This document shows positions 32,583 through 43,097 of a stretch of DNA of 64,000 bases, in pieces. Both the position numbers and the translations under genes were made by a program. The stretch lies in the NCBI GenBank assembly GCA_963817895.1, contig CAWFQB010000004.1, positions 64,001-128,000 on the forward strand. The letters are read 5' to 3'. The notes beneath the pieces are model-generated. The model saw only the letters and a list, made by a program, of their open reading frames with translations, searched no databases and was not told the origin of the DNA. This stretch comes from an uncultured Chthonomonadaceae bacterium (GTDB lineage Bacteria > Armatimonadota > Chthonomonadetes > Chthonomonadales > Chthonomonadaceae). The first letter of the stretch is position 1. Each line of letters starts with the position of its first letter.

Positions 32583-33490
32583 TGTGTGTTCTGGTCGTTG
32601 CTTTCTGAGATACTTTGCTGAAGGTAGGCTAATGGAACAGAATCCTTTTGAACGCCATAGGAAAGTTTCGGCTGCTCCTCCTTATACTCGAAAACCAATT
32701 TTACTGGTTCTTTCGCTTCCAGTTCTTCTGGTATGGATTGCAGCATTGCGTCGAGTTTGTGAAAGCCAGATTCAAAGAGGCTATTGATCTGCTCCTGAGT
32801 CGGGTTTGATAAAAGAAGATGAACCTCCATTTTCCTCTCCGCTTTTTCTACGGCGAACCGGAAATCAAGTATGTTCTCTTGGGCTTGCGGATTTGTAGGT
32901 TGCACATTTTTGCCGTGGTAAAAGCGGCCTAATCTCCTTTTCAAACTATCGTATCCATCCGCACCTACCTTTTGCAGAAAGCCAACAGCAACATTCCCGG
33001 CTAGGAAAATACCTGCTGTAATGAGAAGCACAGACACAGGTTCCATTGAAAACTTGAGCATTTCACTCATGTTTTCATCCGACCCAGAAAGACGAGTAAT
33101 CTCCTCAATAAAATCTTTGTCTTCCGGTGTCACGAACGACGCATCATACTCCACCTTGAACGTTTCTATCTCGTCAGTACACACAACGATGGTTCTGCCA
33201 TCTCCGCGAAAATTTTCAAGTGCGCTGTCCTCATCGTCTGACGCAAACAGTTCGGTTGTGCCCATCAATGCGTACTCACCATCTTCAAGTTGCACAACGC
33301 TAACGTCAATCACTCTGCCAACAGGGGGAATGCGTATATCGTGTTCAATGTTGACGGGAATATAGTATTCTCTGGCAGAATCCACCTGCCTTTCTAAATC
33401 TTCGCGGGTAAACCGTGTCCCATCAGGCAATAGGTGGGTCGTGACCAAAATACCCTGCAAACGTTTCATGTTGACTTCCTTATGAGACAA
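32579..33490 (-). CDS. Hypothetical protein, N-terminus resembling prohead protease/assemblin, with a hydrophobic helix
   Basis: DGTRFTREDLE..IPVNIEHDIRIPPVGRV..DGEYAL; translationally coupled to the methylase (ATGA). Confidence 0.6.
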   Translation of the reverse strand: MSHKEVNMKRLQGILVTTHLLPDGTRFTREDLERQVDSAREYYIPVNIEHDIRIPPVGRVIDVSVVQLEDGEYALMGTTELFASDDEDSALENFRGDGRTIVVCTDEIETFKVEYDASFVTPEDKDFIEEITRLSGSDENMSEMLKFSMEPVSVLLITAGIFLAGNVAVGFLQKVGADGYDSLKRRLGRFYHGKNVQPTNPQAQENILDFRFAVEKAERKMEVHLLLSNPTQEQINSLFESGFHKLDAMLQSIPEELEAKEPVKLVFEYKEEQPKLSYGVQKDSVPLAYLQQSISESNDQNTQ

Positions 33491-33570
33491 CTCACACTGA
33501 ATATATTGTGAGTGCGGTGTGCTGGATAACGCGGGGCTGAGGCGCTACGCTTCTGCGCCATCCATGCCGT

Positions 33571-36500
33571 TTACGGCAGCGCGATTTCCACATAGTCAAT
33601 GCCTAGCAGCAAACATTTGGAGCGCACGTCATCGGGAACAGACGGCGCTACAAGAATGCTGCGGATTTGCGCGCATGGTACGCCCTGCTCGACGGCAAGC
33701 AGATGTTTGTATTTCACCGCCTGCCATACGCCCCCATATTCACCAGGCTGGATACCCGGCTTGACTTCGACAGACACGGGAGAACCTGTGGCATTTTGCA
33801 GCAGCACGTCCACTTTATCGCCGGACGGGAACTGGTACTCCGGCTGCACCAGGGTCAGCCCCGGCCCGCATAAATGGGGATTGTTGGCGATTTTGGCTTT
33901 CAGCGCTTGATGGATTTCTCCCTCACCGCCACCGCCGCCAGAACCGGAGCCGCCGCTGCCAGTCGTGTTCCCCGTCCTGCCATGCGAAGTGCCACCGGAA
34001 TAGTGACCGGCTCCTGATGGGGGCAGTGCAAGGTTCTCATTTCGGTTCGGGGGCGGTTGCCGCGTATCTGATCCGGGGCTGTTCTGGGTGTCGTCAGGAC
34101 GGTTCCCAGGTGGAGAGTTGAAATTACTGGCGTTGTTGCCGGTATTGCCTGTCCCACGCGGCGCACCGGAATTATTCGCCTGTGAACTGCCATTTTCCTC
34201 TGTCGCGGCCCCGTCTGTTTCGTCTTGTTCGGCGTTGTCGGGCGCGGAATGGCCCGCCTCCGGTTCCCGTTCGGTTTCCGGCTGTTCTTCATCGTGGGAT
34301 GGCTCTGATTCGGGCGGCTGCTGATAGCGCAGCCCGCGCTTTTTCCAGCGGGCCAACACACGCTCCCACTCACGTTCCGTGTTGGCTTTCAGCAGACTGG
34401 AAACAAACTCGCGCAATTGCGCAACGCCGAAGTAGGTTTGCAAGGCATCGCCAATCGAATCGGGGTATTCGGCATCATCGGCTTTCAGCGTAATCCATAG
34501 GGTTGCTGTCGCTTCGTCGGCTTGCAAGTGACTTAATAGCGGCTCTGGGTCGGCAACCTCTGCGCCGCCCAAGTGGTAGATAACTTGAGCGTCTTCTACC
34601 AGAGCAACAGTTAAATCGCGGAGTATTTCGGTAGTTGCATTTTCATTTAGCCCTTGATTTAAGTGTGGGGATGCTAGAAAATTGGCAACCGGGGTTTGAA
34701 GACGCTGTGTTTTTCGCATCCAATTTTCAAGATCAGAGCGTGCCCCCAATGGAATAAATTCGGTTTGCGCGTGAGAACAACGGGTCACTTCCAAGTAGTG
34801 GGCAAGCGATTCAACATCTACATAGGGCCAGAACGGTAGTACGCCGCTAAAAAGATCGGCATGATAGTCGTGGTCGTTCCACACCAACTCGGAGCGATGA
34901 TAGAATCCCCACTGATCACCGCGACGCCCCAGCCAACAGTGCGCGCCCCACAAGTCCTGCCAGAGCGCCAGCCGCTCGGCCTCCTGGGGAGCCGTTGCTG
35001 CCATTTCGGGCGCTGCATTGGGCAGTTCCGCAAAAAAGCGTTTGTATAGTGTGTGCAGCCGTGTGCGGGCGTGGTCAGACACGTCAATTCGGGCTGCCAT
35101 TTCCAGAGCAGCCTCGACATAATCCGCAAATTTGGCGCTGGGTTCCACCCCCTGCGCGACAAAAAACGCTTGTAGCGTAGGTGCATAATGCACTTTTAGG
35201 TAGCCACGTTCATCGCCGAAGATAGTGTTTTCATCATCCCAGAACGCTTTGTTTGCTCTCCACCATCGGGGAGTCGGGGCTGGCGTGTACAGCAGAGGCT
35301 CCAAAGCAAAAAGGGGCTGTCGTGCGCCGATGCTCTGGTCTTGCAAAAACCGGTAGATGCGCTCTACGTCCTTCACGTCAACGCTTTGCTCGCTCAAATC
35401 CTGTAGCCGCCGAAGCGCCTGCTCCGTCTTCACCGCTAGGTTCACACCAAGCGCTCTGGCAAGCGATTCAGCAGGTCGTTCCTTCACTCCCAAGTCAGAG
35501 TGCAGGTAGTGTACACTGTCGCCAAGCACCGCTCGTGTTTCTGCAATGTCGGCAAAAAGTGTCTCTGGCGTGTAAAACTCGGCATTCGTATCTGGTATCC
35601 ATGCCGTGGTCATCAATTTTTCTGCAAAGGTCGCGTAGAAATTTTTTGGCTGATATTCTGTGTTGCGATTCTTCCATCGGTATATGCCGAAGAAATACCG
35701 ATCCTGTTCCATTTTATCTGTTGGAATACCCCGAACAAGTAGTCGCCAGAGGGCATACGCTGTTGGCAAAGCGGTTTCGCCTCGCATAGCGATGCGTTCG
35801 AGCGCTTTGTCTAAGCCATCCAATTCCCAGTTGATAATATCAATGTCGGAAGTATACGCAGCCCCAGAGCGGATATGTGCCTTTCGCTCTGGGGATAGTT
35901 CATTTGTACTCTTACGCCGTGGAACCACTTCGACGCCGAGGCGCTTGAACAGGGTACACCACCGTTCCACATCTCCATCCTCGTTCAAGTAACTCTCATC
36001 CACAAACCGCTTGTTGGCATCGGCAAAGTAGGTTTCCAAGTCGCTCGACCCAGTGTAAGCCTGGGGCAGATAGGCTCGTTTCGGACTGACATAGCACTGT
36101 GTCTCGCCCATTTCCCTGCGGGCAAGCAGGAAGGGCTGCTCATTGATACTTTCTGATAATGCTTTTGACTTGTCTGACGGAAGCGATTCCAATGTTTTGG
36201 CGAGAAAAGCAACATGAAACCGGTTTTCGGCCTCCGTAAAATTATGCTTTCTCTTGTACTTGGGCAGCAACCATCCACTTAAGAAGCGCTCCGGGTTCAG
36301 CGGTTCAACCCCTATATTCTTGAGGAAAAGTCTGACTTCTTCAACCGCATCCCCTTCGAGCAATGCCATTCTAAAGAAGGGCAGGTTACTAAGAAACGGA
36401 CGGAACGTGGTCTGCTGTGCCTCATCATCCGGGGTGAAAAAGCACCATTCCTGATCAGCGATGACGTGTTCACCATTCTCTAGTCTGGCTAATGGGGCGA

Positions 36501-37999
36501 CTTTCAATCCCTCGTGTTCCACTTTCTGCTGCGCCAAATAGACATATAATGTGTGCAGCCAATCATCGTCTTTCGCCGCATACCAATCAGCCTCTTTGGT
36601 ACATAACCACGTTGCGATCTGCGTCGCAGTGACCTCACGAACCCGTACATCACGTACTATCTGTAATGCTCGCTCATTAGCCTGCACATCAGGATGAAGC
36701 CACGCGGCTCCCTCTGTTTTAGTAATTTCTGCCAAGTCCGAGGCCGAAAATAGTGCGCGCACATTCCGCGTGCGCGGGAAGAACACGCGACTGGCGTGTA
36801 GGCAACTTCCATCTTCGGTAGGGATCAGTTCGCCATCAAGCAGGGCGTTGCGGGCTGCCACTTGTACAGGCTTGAAGAATAGTGGAAATTGGTCACTAGG
36901 GGCTGGCAACGCTTCTAAAAGGTTTACGGTGAGCAGTCCGGCAGTCTTCAAACGTTCCAGAGCGGCTGGAAGCAGTTCCGCTGTTTCTTCCATTAGCCAA
37001 TGGTTCCAAAGAACATCCGTGTTTATGTCGTTGCGAGAGGGAATTGTCTGGTAGCGCGCCTGGATAATAAAACGCAAATGGGTTTCGATGCTTGTAGGTA
37101 GGTAGGCAAAGAGGACGGAGTTTTGTATGGAAGCCACCAAGTCATTCTGCGTAGCGAAAGCGATTTCGACCGGCTGCAAACTCTCCGCCGAGCGCTTAAT
37201 GCGTTCGCGCTCATCATCGTATTCCGCCCGTTCCAATAAATCAGCAATCACTTCTTGGGGCGGGGAAACATCGCACCGGAAAACTACAAACGATTCCAGA
37301 ACTGGTTTGCCCCCTCCGGCATCGCTCATCAATTCAACATGCTGTGCGTCCATTACGCGGGCGTGTGGCTGCCGAGAAGAACAGTATGTGCCTTGTAGGT
37401 TCTGGCGCTCGTCTCTCCATTCGATGGCTTCCAGATTCCGCAAAAACAGAAGCGCCCATTTGTCTAACTCCTGCAATTGAGTTCCAATTCGTTCAATTTC
37501 TCCGTCGCGTAGTCGCTCTTTGAAGGGCAGGCGAAACACCGTTCTGCCAGATGTGACGAGTTGCTGAAATCTCTGTAGACGGAATGGGGATTGGTTCGGG
37601 TTGGATACCTCCAATGATGCGGAATTGACGCTCCCCAGAGTAGATTTCCGGTTGGTCGGTGCAGGTGTAAACTGCCTTGAACCCTATACCATGTGTCCCA
37701 ATCTGGGTGAGGTCTTTGGTACTCTCGCCTATGGAGCATATCGCATGAACACCGGCTTCATCGAAACGCCGCCCGTTGTTCGACACCAGCATTTCACCGG
37801 CACGCAGGACGATGGCAATGCCTTTGCTATTTCCATCAGCGGTTGCAGCAACGCCTGCAAGGGCATCATTGGCGTTCTGAATTAATTCGTATACAAAATG
37901 CGATCCGTTCGGGTAAAGGCGCGTGATAATTCCGATGGCGCGGGAGAGAACGTGGCGAAGTCGTTCATAATCCATTGGGGGAAGGGTGTTTGTCTGCAT
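33571..37999 (-). CDS. Sacsin/NO VEIN-like GHKL ATPase with C-terminal PD-(D/E)XK nuclease (frameshift near 37580)
   Basis: YELIQNANDA, NNGRRF, IGTHGIGFKAVY, TVFRLPF, LFAYLPT; C-terminal EGEIHQALK..EYQFPSGDKVDVL..VEVK..Q..KY. Confidence 0.85.
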
Positions 38000-38040
38000 A
38001 GGATACGTTTCAAAACCTTTCTGATGCCTGCTGGAATGGA

Positions 38041-38924
38041 CTACAATTTGAACTCTTTTTGTTCACGCCTGGCTTCTGCGCGTGCCATGCGCGCAAACCG
38101 CAATACGTCATTCGAGGCGACACTCTCCGCGTTTGGCGGTACGCCCGTAAAGACCAGTGCAGGCAAGCGTAATGCTCCACCATCGATTCTCAATTCGAGC
38201 GTTCCCTGGGCTGGAGCATAGCGCAGTATCAAAGGCTTTTCATCGGGGAGGGCATCTTTCTCGCCGCAATAGCACAGAAAGCGGAAGGCGGCGAAGATGC
38301 CGAGGCGAACAGGTTCCTGCCATGTCCCCGGATCATCCACAGCAATATCGAATTCCATACCCCGCCCTAACTGGAAGGTGTGAATGGGCGTGATCGTCAA
38401 CTTGGCGTTACCAAATTCGGAAGATACGGAAAGAAGAATTTCCTGATCCATGCCTAAACCATCGCGCGTCAGGAAGCGCGCAATTTCTTTTATGGCGCGG
38501 GTGTCGATCCGCAAGCATTGGCTGCCATCCGGCAGCGGAAGGCGTGTGTCCGGGCGCGCATACCCTTCGCAAGCAAGAAAACGATGTAGCACGCCTCCAA
38601 ATCAGCGTCAAGCCAAACGGGAGAAATGTACAATTCATTCAGAAGGCAATATCCCAGCAGACAAGCCCCTCGATCCGGCATCATCTCTGCGGAGGCTCCT
38701 ATTTGCGCATGGTTGCTGTAAAGAACATGCCTTACGTCTTCATCCGCGAGCAATTCACCAAGCATCCCCAGATTTTGGACTCCTCGCAGATACAATGTCA
38801 AATCCTTACCGTTGACGAGAATACCACGTCCATCCTTGTCCATTTCATGTAGACTGACAGAGGGCGCGCATTTGGTAGGGTCGTATTGAATTCCGATTGG
38901 GATTGGATGGCTCATTGGTATCAC
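38041..38924 (-). CDS. Hypothetical protein (frameshift near 38590)
   Basis: ORFs 38490-38924 and 38041-38592 overlap and fill the gap in the operon exactly; no recognisable motif. Confidence 0.6.
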
Positions 38925-41900
38925 ATAATGTTCGGTATTGCGGCTCCCAGCACGCTGGCAGCAGGGATGACAACGCCTCCGCCTTTTGCCAGCAGATTGC
39001 CAAAGGGGTCAGCAACGCGATGAAGTTGCGGCGTGTCCGTGTCACAGTGATACACTGTATACAACCAGTATTTGTCCCGATGATTGGCAGCCTGCCGCCA
39101 TTCGTTTTCCGTCAGTTGCACAGGCGCAAGCCCCGCCCGCCCTTTAACCTCGATGTAAAGCACGAAGCCATCAGGCCGATGTGAGCGTAGGTCGTAGCCC
39201 GTGGCGAGGTTGGGATTGGAAACATCCTCTATCCATGCGCCCTGTTCTTCCTCATGCTGGCGTACTACCTTAAGCGCGACCACTTCGGCCTGCACATCAC
39301 GACGGCGTACAGCCTCCTCTGGCGGCAAGGGCAGGACAAGCGCCCGCGCATAGATCGTGACCGGCCCAAAATTCAGCAAATCAATTTCCTGATACAGTGT
39401 GCTGATTGCCATATCGCGGGCATCATCCAACCCGGTGAGTTCCTTTTCCAGCCTGTCTAATTTGCTTTTTGCCGCAGGCACACCCTTTGTTACATCGTCC
39501 TTCAGACGGCGGCGCTGCGTCATCCCTTCGGCGGCGCGCAAGTTGTACGCCTGTACGAGTTGGTTTTTGCGCTGCGGCAGACGGGCCTGTAATTCTGAAC
39601 GCAGGCGTTCCACCAGGGGAATGCCCTTTTCCTCCATGATATAGCCCTCTATGGGAGCCGGATTGTCCACAATATCACAAAGCACTTGAGGAATAGTAGG
39701 AGGCGCGCTTTCTGCACTCGCAGGCGTCGCATCCATGTCTAGTGTCAGCAGCAGATGCGCGGGGACAGTTTGCATAGCGCCATTGGGCCGCAACACTACA
39801 CCGATCATTTCCTCGCCCAGGGTTTCACGCGCATCGGTCGGCTGCCCCTCACCGTCCAGAACCGGGCGCACAACGGCAATCTTTGCCAGCGCGAATACAT
39901 ACGCTTCCGTCGTGTTCGGGTCGTAAAAAGTCGCACCGCGCTCCGTGCCGTCCTCAAACCTGCCCAGAAACAAATCCATGATACTCTCGAATACCGCCTC
40001 ACCCGGATGCAGGTAAATTGCTTCCGGGCGCATGGCATTCGTGGGCAGGGCGAGGTAGCGGTCGAATGTCAGCCGCGAATGGAGTTCGGGCGGATACGTT
40101 TCGATGGCACGCCGCACGGTTTCCGGGGAGTCCGCCAGCGTGAAAATGCCGTCCAAATCTCCTGCGAAACGAAGCCCCAGCAACGGGGCAGCATCGCGGA
40201 AAAAGCCACGCACATAGGCGGGCATCATACGACGCTCCTCCGCGGTTTCCTGTCCCCGGCGCAGAGTTTGCAGCAGTGCCCGTACTTCGCTGACCTCCAC
40301 GCGGCTTTCCTGAGCCTTCAATTTTTCCGCGAATGTCGCGGGATCGAACGCTTGCGCCACCACTGCCGCCGCCGCAGTTGCTTCCCCCTGTACTGCGGCT
40401 TGGAACAGTAAGTCGGCGAGTGAGATGCCTCCCAACTGCTCGCCGATAACGTCGAAAACCTTGTCGTTCCCCAACCGCTGACGAATAATCTCAATTTTAT
40501 CCAGCAGAGTTTGCAGAACCGCGCCTTCGCGTGTCTTTTCCGCCACTAGCGAAAGTAGCAGTACATCGTGGGTTTGCTTGTACCGATGCACACGCCCCAT
40601 ACGCTGCTCCAGGCGGGCAGGATTCCACGGGATGTCATAATTGATTAACAGCCAGCAAAATTGTAGATTGATACCTTCACCTGCCGCATCCGTTGCGATC
40701 ATATAGGGGCACTCAGGGGATCGAAAGCGTGCCGTCTGCCGCTCACGCTCACGGTAATCCATGCCGCCATGAACGGTCGCGATGCGGTCGGTGTAGCCCA
40801 TACCCTCCATACGCGCCACGAGGAAATTCAGCGTGTCCTTGTGTTCGGTGAAAATGAGTATCTTCGTATCGGGGTGTTCTTTAAGAAGTTCCTGCAACCG
40901 AAGAAATTTGCTCTCCTGCTGTGCATCGTACACAGCGCGTGCCAGTGCCGCAAGCGCCTGCACTTCCAGAAGTTCTTTGGCAAGTTCTTCCGGGCTGCGC
41001 GCAGGCGTCGCGCGGCTCACCACGTCATCGAACCGTTCGCCTTCCTCGGTGCCGTCTTCGCTTTCTTCCTCGTCCCCTGTTTTTTCCTCACGCAAATCCT
41101 GCGTGGGCAATTTGCCCTGTTCGAGGGCAAATTCGTCCGCGGTCAGCATTGCGTCCTGCAAACGTTTCAAATTTTCGGCGAGGATCGCAGCCCGACGTTC
41201 CAGGGAGCGCAGCAACGCCCAGGCGGAGGACGCCAGGCGGCGCTGAATCACCGATAGGGCAAGCCCAACCGAGGAGCGGTTCCCTGCTGTGGTCTTGCGG
41301 TAGTATTCCTCCACGTATTGCGACACGGCTTCGTAGAGCGTACGCTCATCCGCGTTGAGAGGATAAGACACCGTTTTGCTTTCGCGCGGTGGGTACAGAG
41401 GCGTGCCATCGAAGCGTACCATCTCCTCTTTCATGCGCCGCAGCAAATGGCGTCGCCGCACTTCGGGCCGGGTACGATAAAGCGCGTCGGGCGTGGAAAA
41501 CTGCTGCGGATCAAGCAGACGCCAGAGGAAAAAGTAGGGGTCATCCTTGCCCATGTGGGGCGTCGCCGACAATAGGAGAAGGTGCTGGCAGCGCGCCGCA
41601 ATTTCCTCAACCGTTTCATAGCGTTTGGATTTATCCGCGCTCAAGTCAGGATTGCGCCGGGCAGAGAGTTTATGCGCTTCGTCGCAGATTACCAGGTCAT
41701 ACGCAGGCGCATCGTTCAGGGCGGCGCGCACACGATCCTGTCGCGCGGTGTCAATGGATAAGATGGCATGGTCGAAGCGGGCGTCCGCAAAAGGATTATC
41801 GTCGGGACGCACATCCCGGGAGTTTACAATCCGAAACCGCAGGCGAAACAAGTTGCGGAGTTCCTGTTCCCAGTTGCCCACCAGTCCGGCTGGCGGGATG

Positions 41901-42409
41901 ACCAGAATCCGGCGAACCATCCGGCGCAGCATCATTTCACGGACATACAGACCAGCCATAATCGTCTTGCCCGCCCCGGCATCGTCAGCGAGGAGAAAGC
42001 GCAGGCGCGGGTGTGATACAAGCCCTTCAAGGCCATCAGGATGGTCAGCATCGGGTGGTATACCGTACACCGCGACCAATTGGTGCGGGAGCGGATCAAT
42101 CAGGCTGGTTTCCGTAGCGAAAACAGGATTAAACAGATAAGCATGGTTCAGGCGATGCGCTTCCGCCACCAGGCGCACCAGACACGCATCGGCGCGATAT
42201 ACGGCACTATCGCCTTCCAGCAGTTCAAAGCGCTTGGACAACTCGGCTATGACGTAGGGCCTGCGCTCAACCTCCCCGGTCTTAGCATCGCGCAATGTGA
42301 GAAACACCACGCTTGCCTGCGTTTCAACGGATTGCACAAGCCGCTCTTTTGCGCGTTGCCGATCATACAACCGTGTATTCGGTTTGATACTATTCAAAAA
42401 ATCGCTCAT
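38921..42409 (-). CDS. SNF2-family helicase with C-terminal DUF3883 nuclease
   Basis: PLPHQ, LADDAGAGKT, DEAH, LSATPH, EGINLQ, EQRMGRVHR; C-terminal GYDLRS..YIEVKG. Confidence 0.93.
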   Translation of the reverse strand: MSDFLNSIKPNTRLYDRQRAKERLVQSVETQASVVFLTLRDAKTGEVERRPYVIAELSKRFELLEGDSAVYRADACLVRLVAEAHRLNHAYLFNPVFATETSLIDPLPHQLVAVYGIPPDADHPDGLEGLVSHPRLRFLLADDAGAGKTIMAGLYVREMMLRRMVRRILVIPPAGLVGNWEQELRNLFRLRFRIVNSRDVRPDDNPFADARFDHAILSIDTARQDRVRAALNDAPAYDLVICDEAHKLSARRNPDLSADKSKRYETVEEIAARCQHLLLLSATPHMGKDDPYFFLWRLLDPQQFSTPDALYRTRPEVRRRHLLRRMKEEMVRFDGTPLYPPRESKTVSYPLNADERTLYEAVSQYVEEYYRKTTAGNRSSVGLALSVIQRRLASSAWALLRSLERRAAILAENLKRLQDAMLTADEFALEQGKLPTQDLREEKTGDEEESEDGTEEGERFDDVVSRATPARSPEELAKELLEVQALAALARAVYDAQQESKFLRLQELLKEHPDTKILIFTEHKDTLNFLVARMEGMGYTDRIATVHGGMDYRERERQTARFRSPECPYMIATDAAGEGINLQFCWLLINYDIPWNPARLEQRMGRVHRYKQTHDVLLLSLVAEKTREGAVLQTLLDKIEIIRQRLGNDKVFDVIGEQLGGISLADLLFQAAVQGEATAAAAVVAQAFDPATFAEKLKAQESRVEVSEVRALLQTLRRGQETAEERRMMPAYVRGFFRDAAPLLGLRFAGDLDGIFTLADSPETVRRAIETYPPELHSRLTFDRYLALPTNAMRPEAIYLHPGEAVFESIMDLFLGRFEDGTERGATFYDPNTTEAYVFALAKIAVVRPVLDGEGQPTDARETLGEEMIGVVLRPNGAMQTVPAHLLLTLDMDATPASAESAPPTIPQVLCDIVDNPAPIEGYIMEEKGIPLVERLRSELQARLPQRKNQLVQAYNLRAAEGMTQRRRLKDDVTKGVPAAKSKLDRLEKELTGLDDARDMAISTLYQEIDLLNFGPVTIYARALVLPLPPEEAVRRRDVQAEVVALKVVRQHEEEQGAWIEDVSNPNLATGYDLRSHRPDGFVLYIEVKGRAGLAPVQLTENEWRQAANHRDKYWLYTVYHCDTDTPQLHRVADPFGNLLAKGGGVVIPAASVLGAAIPNIM

Positions 42410-42854
42410 GCGGTCTCCCATACATTCACACAGCAAACGTATTGACGTTATTGTGACTGCATGGTTGGGAAGGAAAACGGAAGTGATAAATAGATTCAAC
42501 ACGCTGCTAAGTGCCACCAGCGTTTCTATTATGCAATAGGATCAGGCATAGTGGCAAGGGAAAAGGCTGCCGGTACGTGTTATAGATTTGCCTCGCGGAT
42601 TCCTCCTGATGGACTCTCTTTAACGTGTATTCTCGTTTCTGTACTTGTAAGACTCTTATATGCCTATACATTGGGGTTCAAAAATCAGAAAATGTTGGGA
42701 CGGTTTTGCCCGGTATGTGAGCAGATTTTGGGTGTAACCCTTCGAGGGGAACATGAGCAATTTCTGTAAACGGCGAGCCGCTGGGTGTGCTAAAAGGCAA
42801 GCGAAGGCACGACAATAACTTCCAATCACAAAAAAGCAAGCGGAGACGGACGTA

Positions 42855-42949
42855 CAGTATCTTTGCACTTTTTCAACTTTTGAGATGTGAGCAAGCGAAC
42901 CGGCAAAATCATCTTCCTATCTCATTTTCCGAAAAGTGCAAAGATACTG
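42855..42949. repeat. Inverted repeat with 18-bp perfect arms, inside a larger imperfect stem-loop
   Basis: CAGTATCTTTGCACTTTT (42855-42872) pairs with AAAAGTGCAAAGATACTG (42932-42949); inner TGAGAT/ATCTCA. Confidence 0.8.
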
Positions 42950-43097
42950 GGACGTATTCGCCCCGCTACATGCAGATTTCTGCTCCTTTTTGTTTGTTGG
43001 GCTAATAATGTGCAGACCCGGCGAGAAGAATAATGTCTTCGCGCCGGGCCCGCACATATAAGCAACCAATTGCCAAGTCTGCCAACCTGGGTGCGTA

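Noticed and set aside
40021..40032. Second att site matching the tRNA 3' end (TTCCGGGCGCA)
   Set aside because: Only 11 bp, in inverted orientation and inside the helicase CDS; likely chance.
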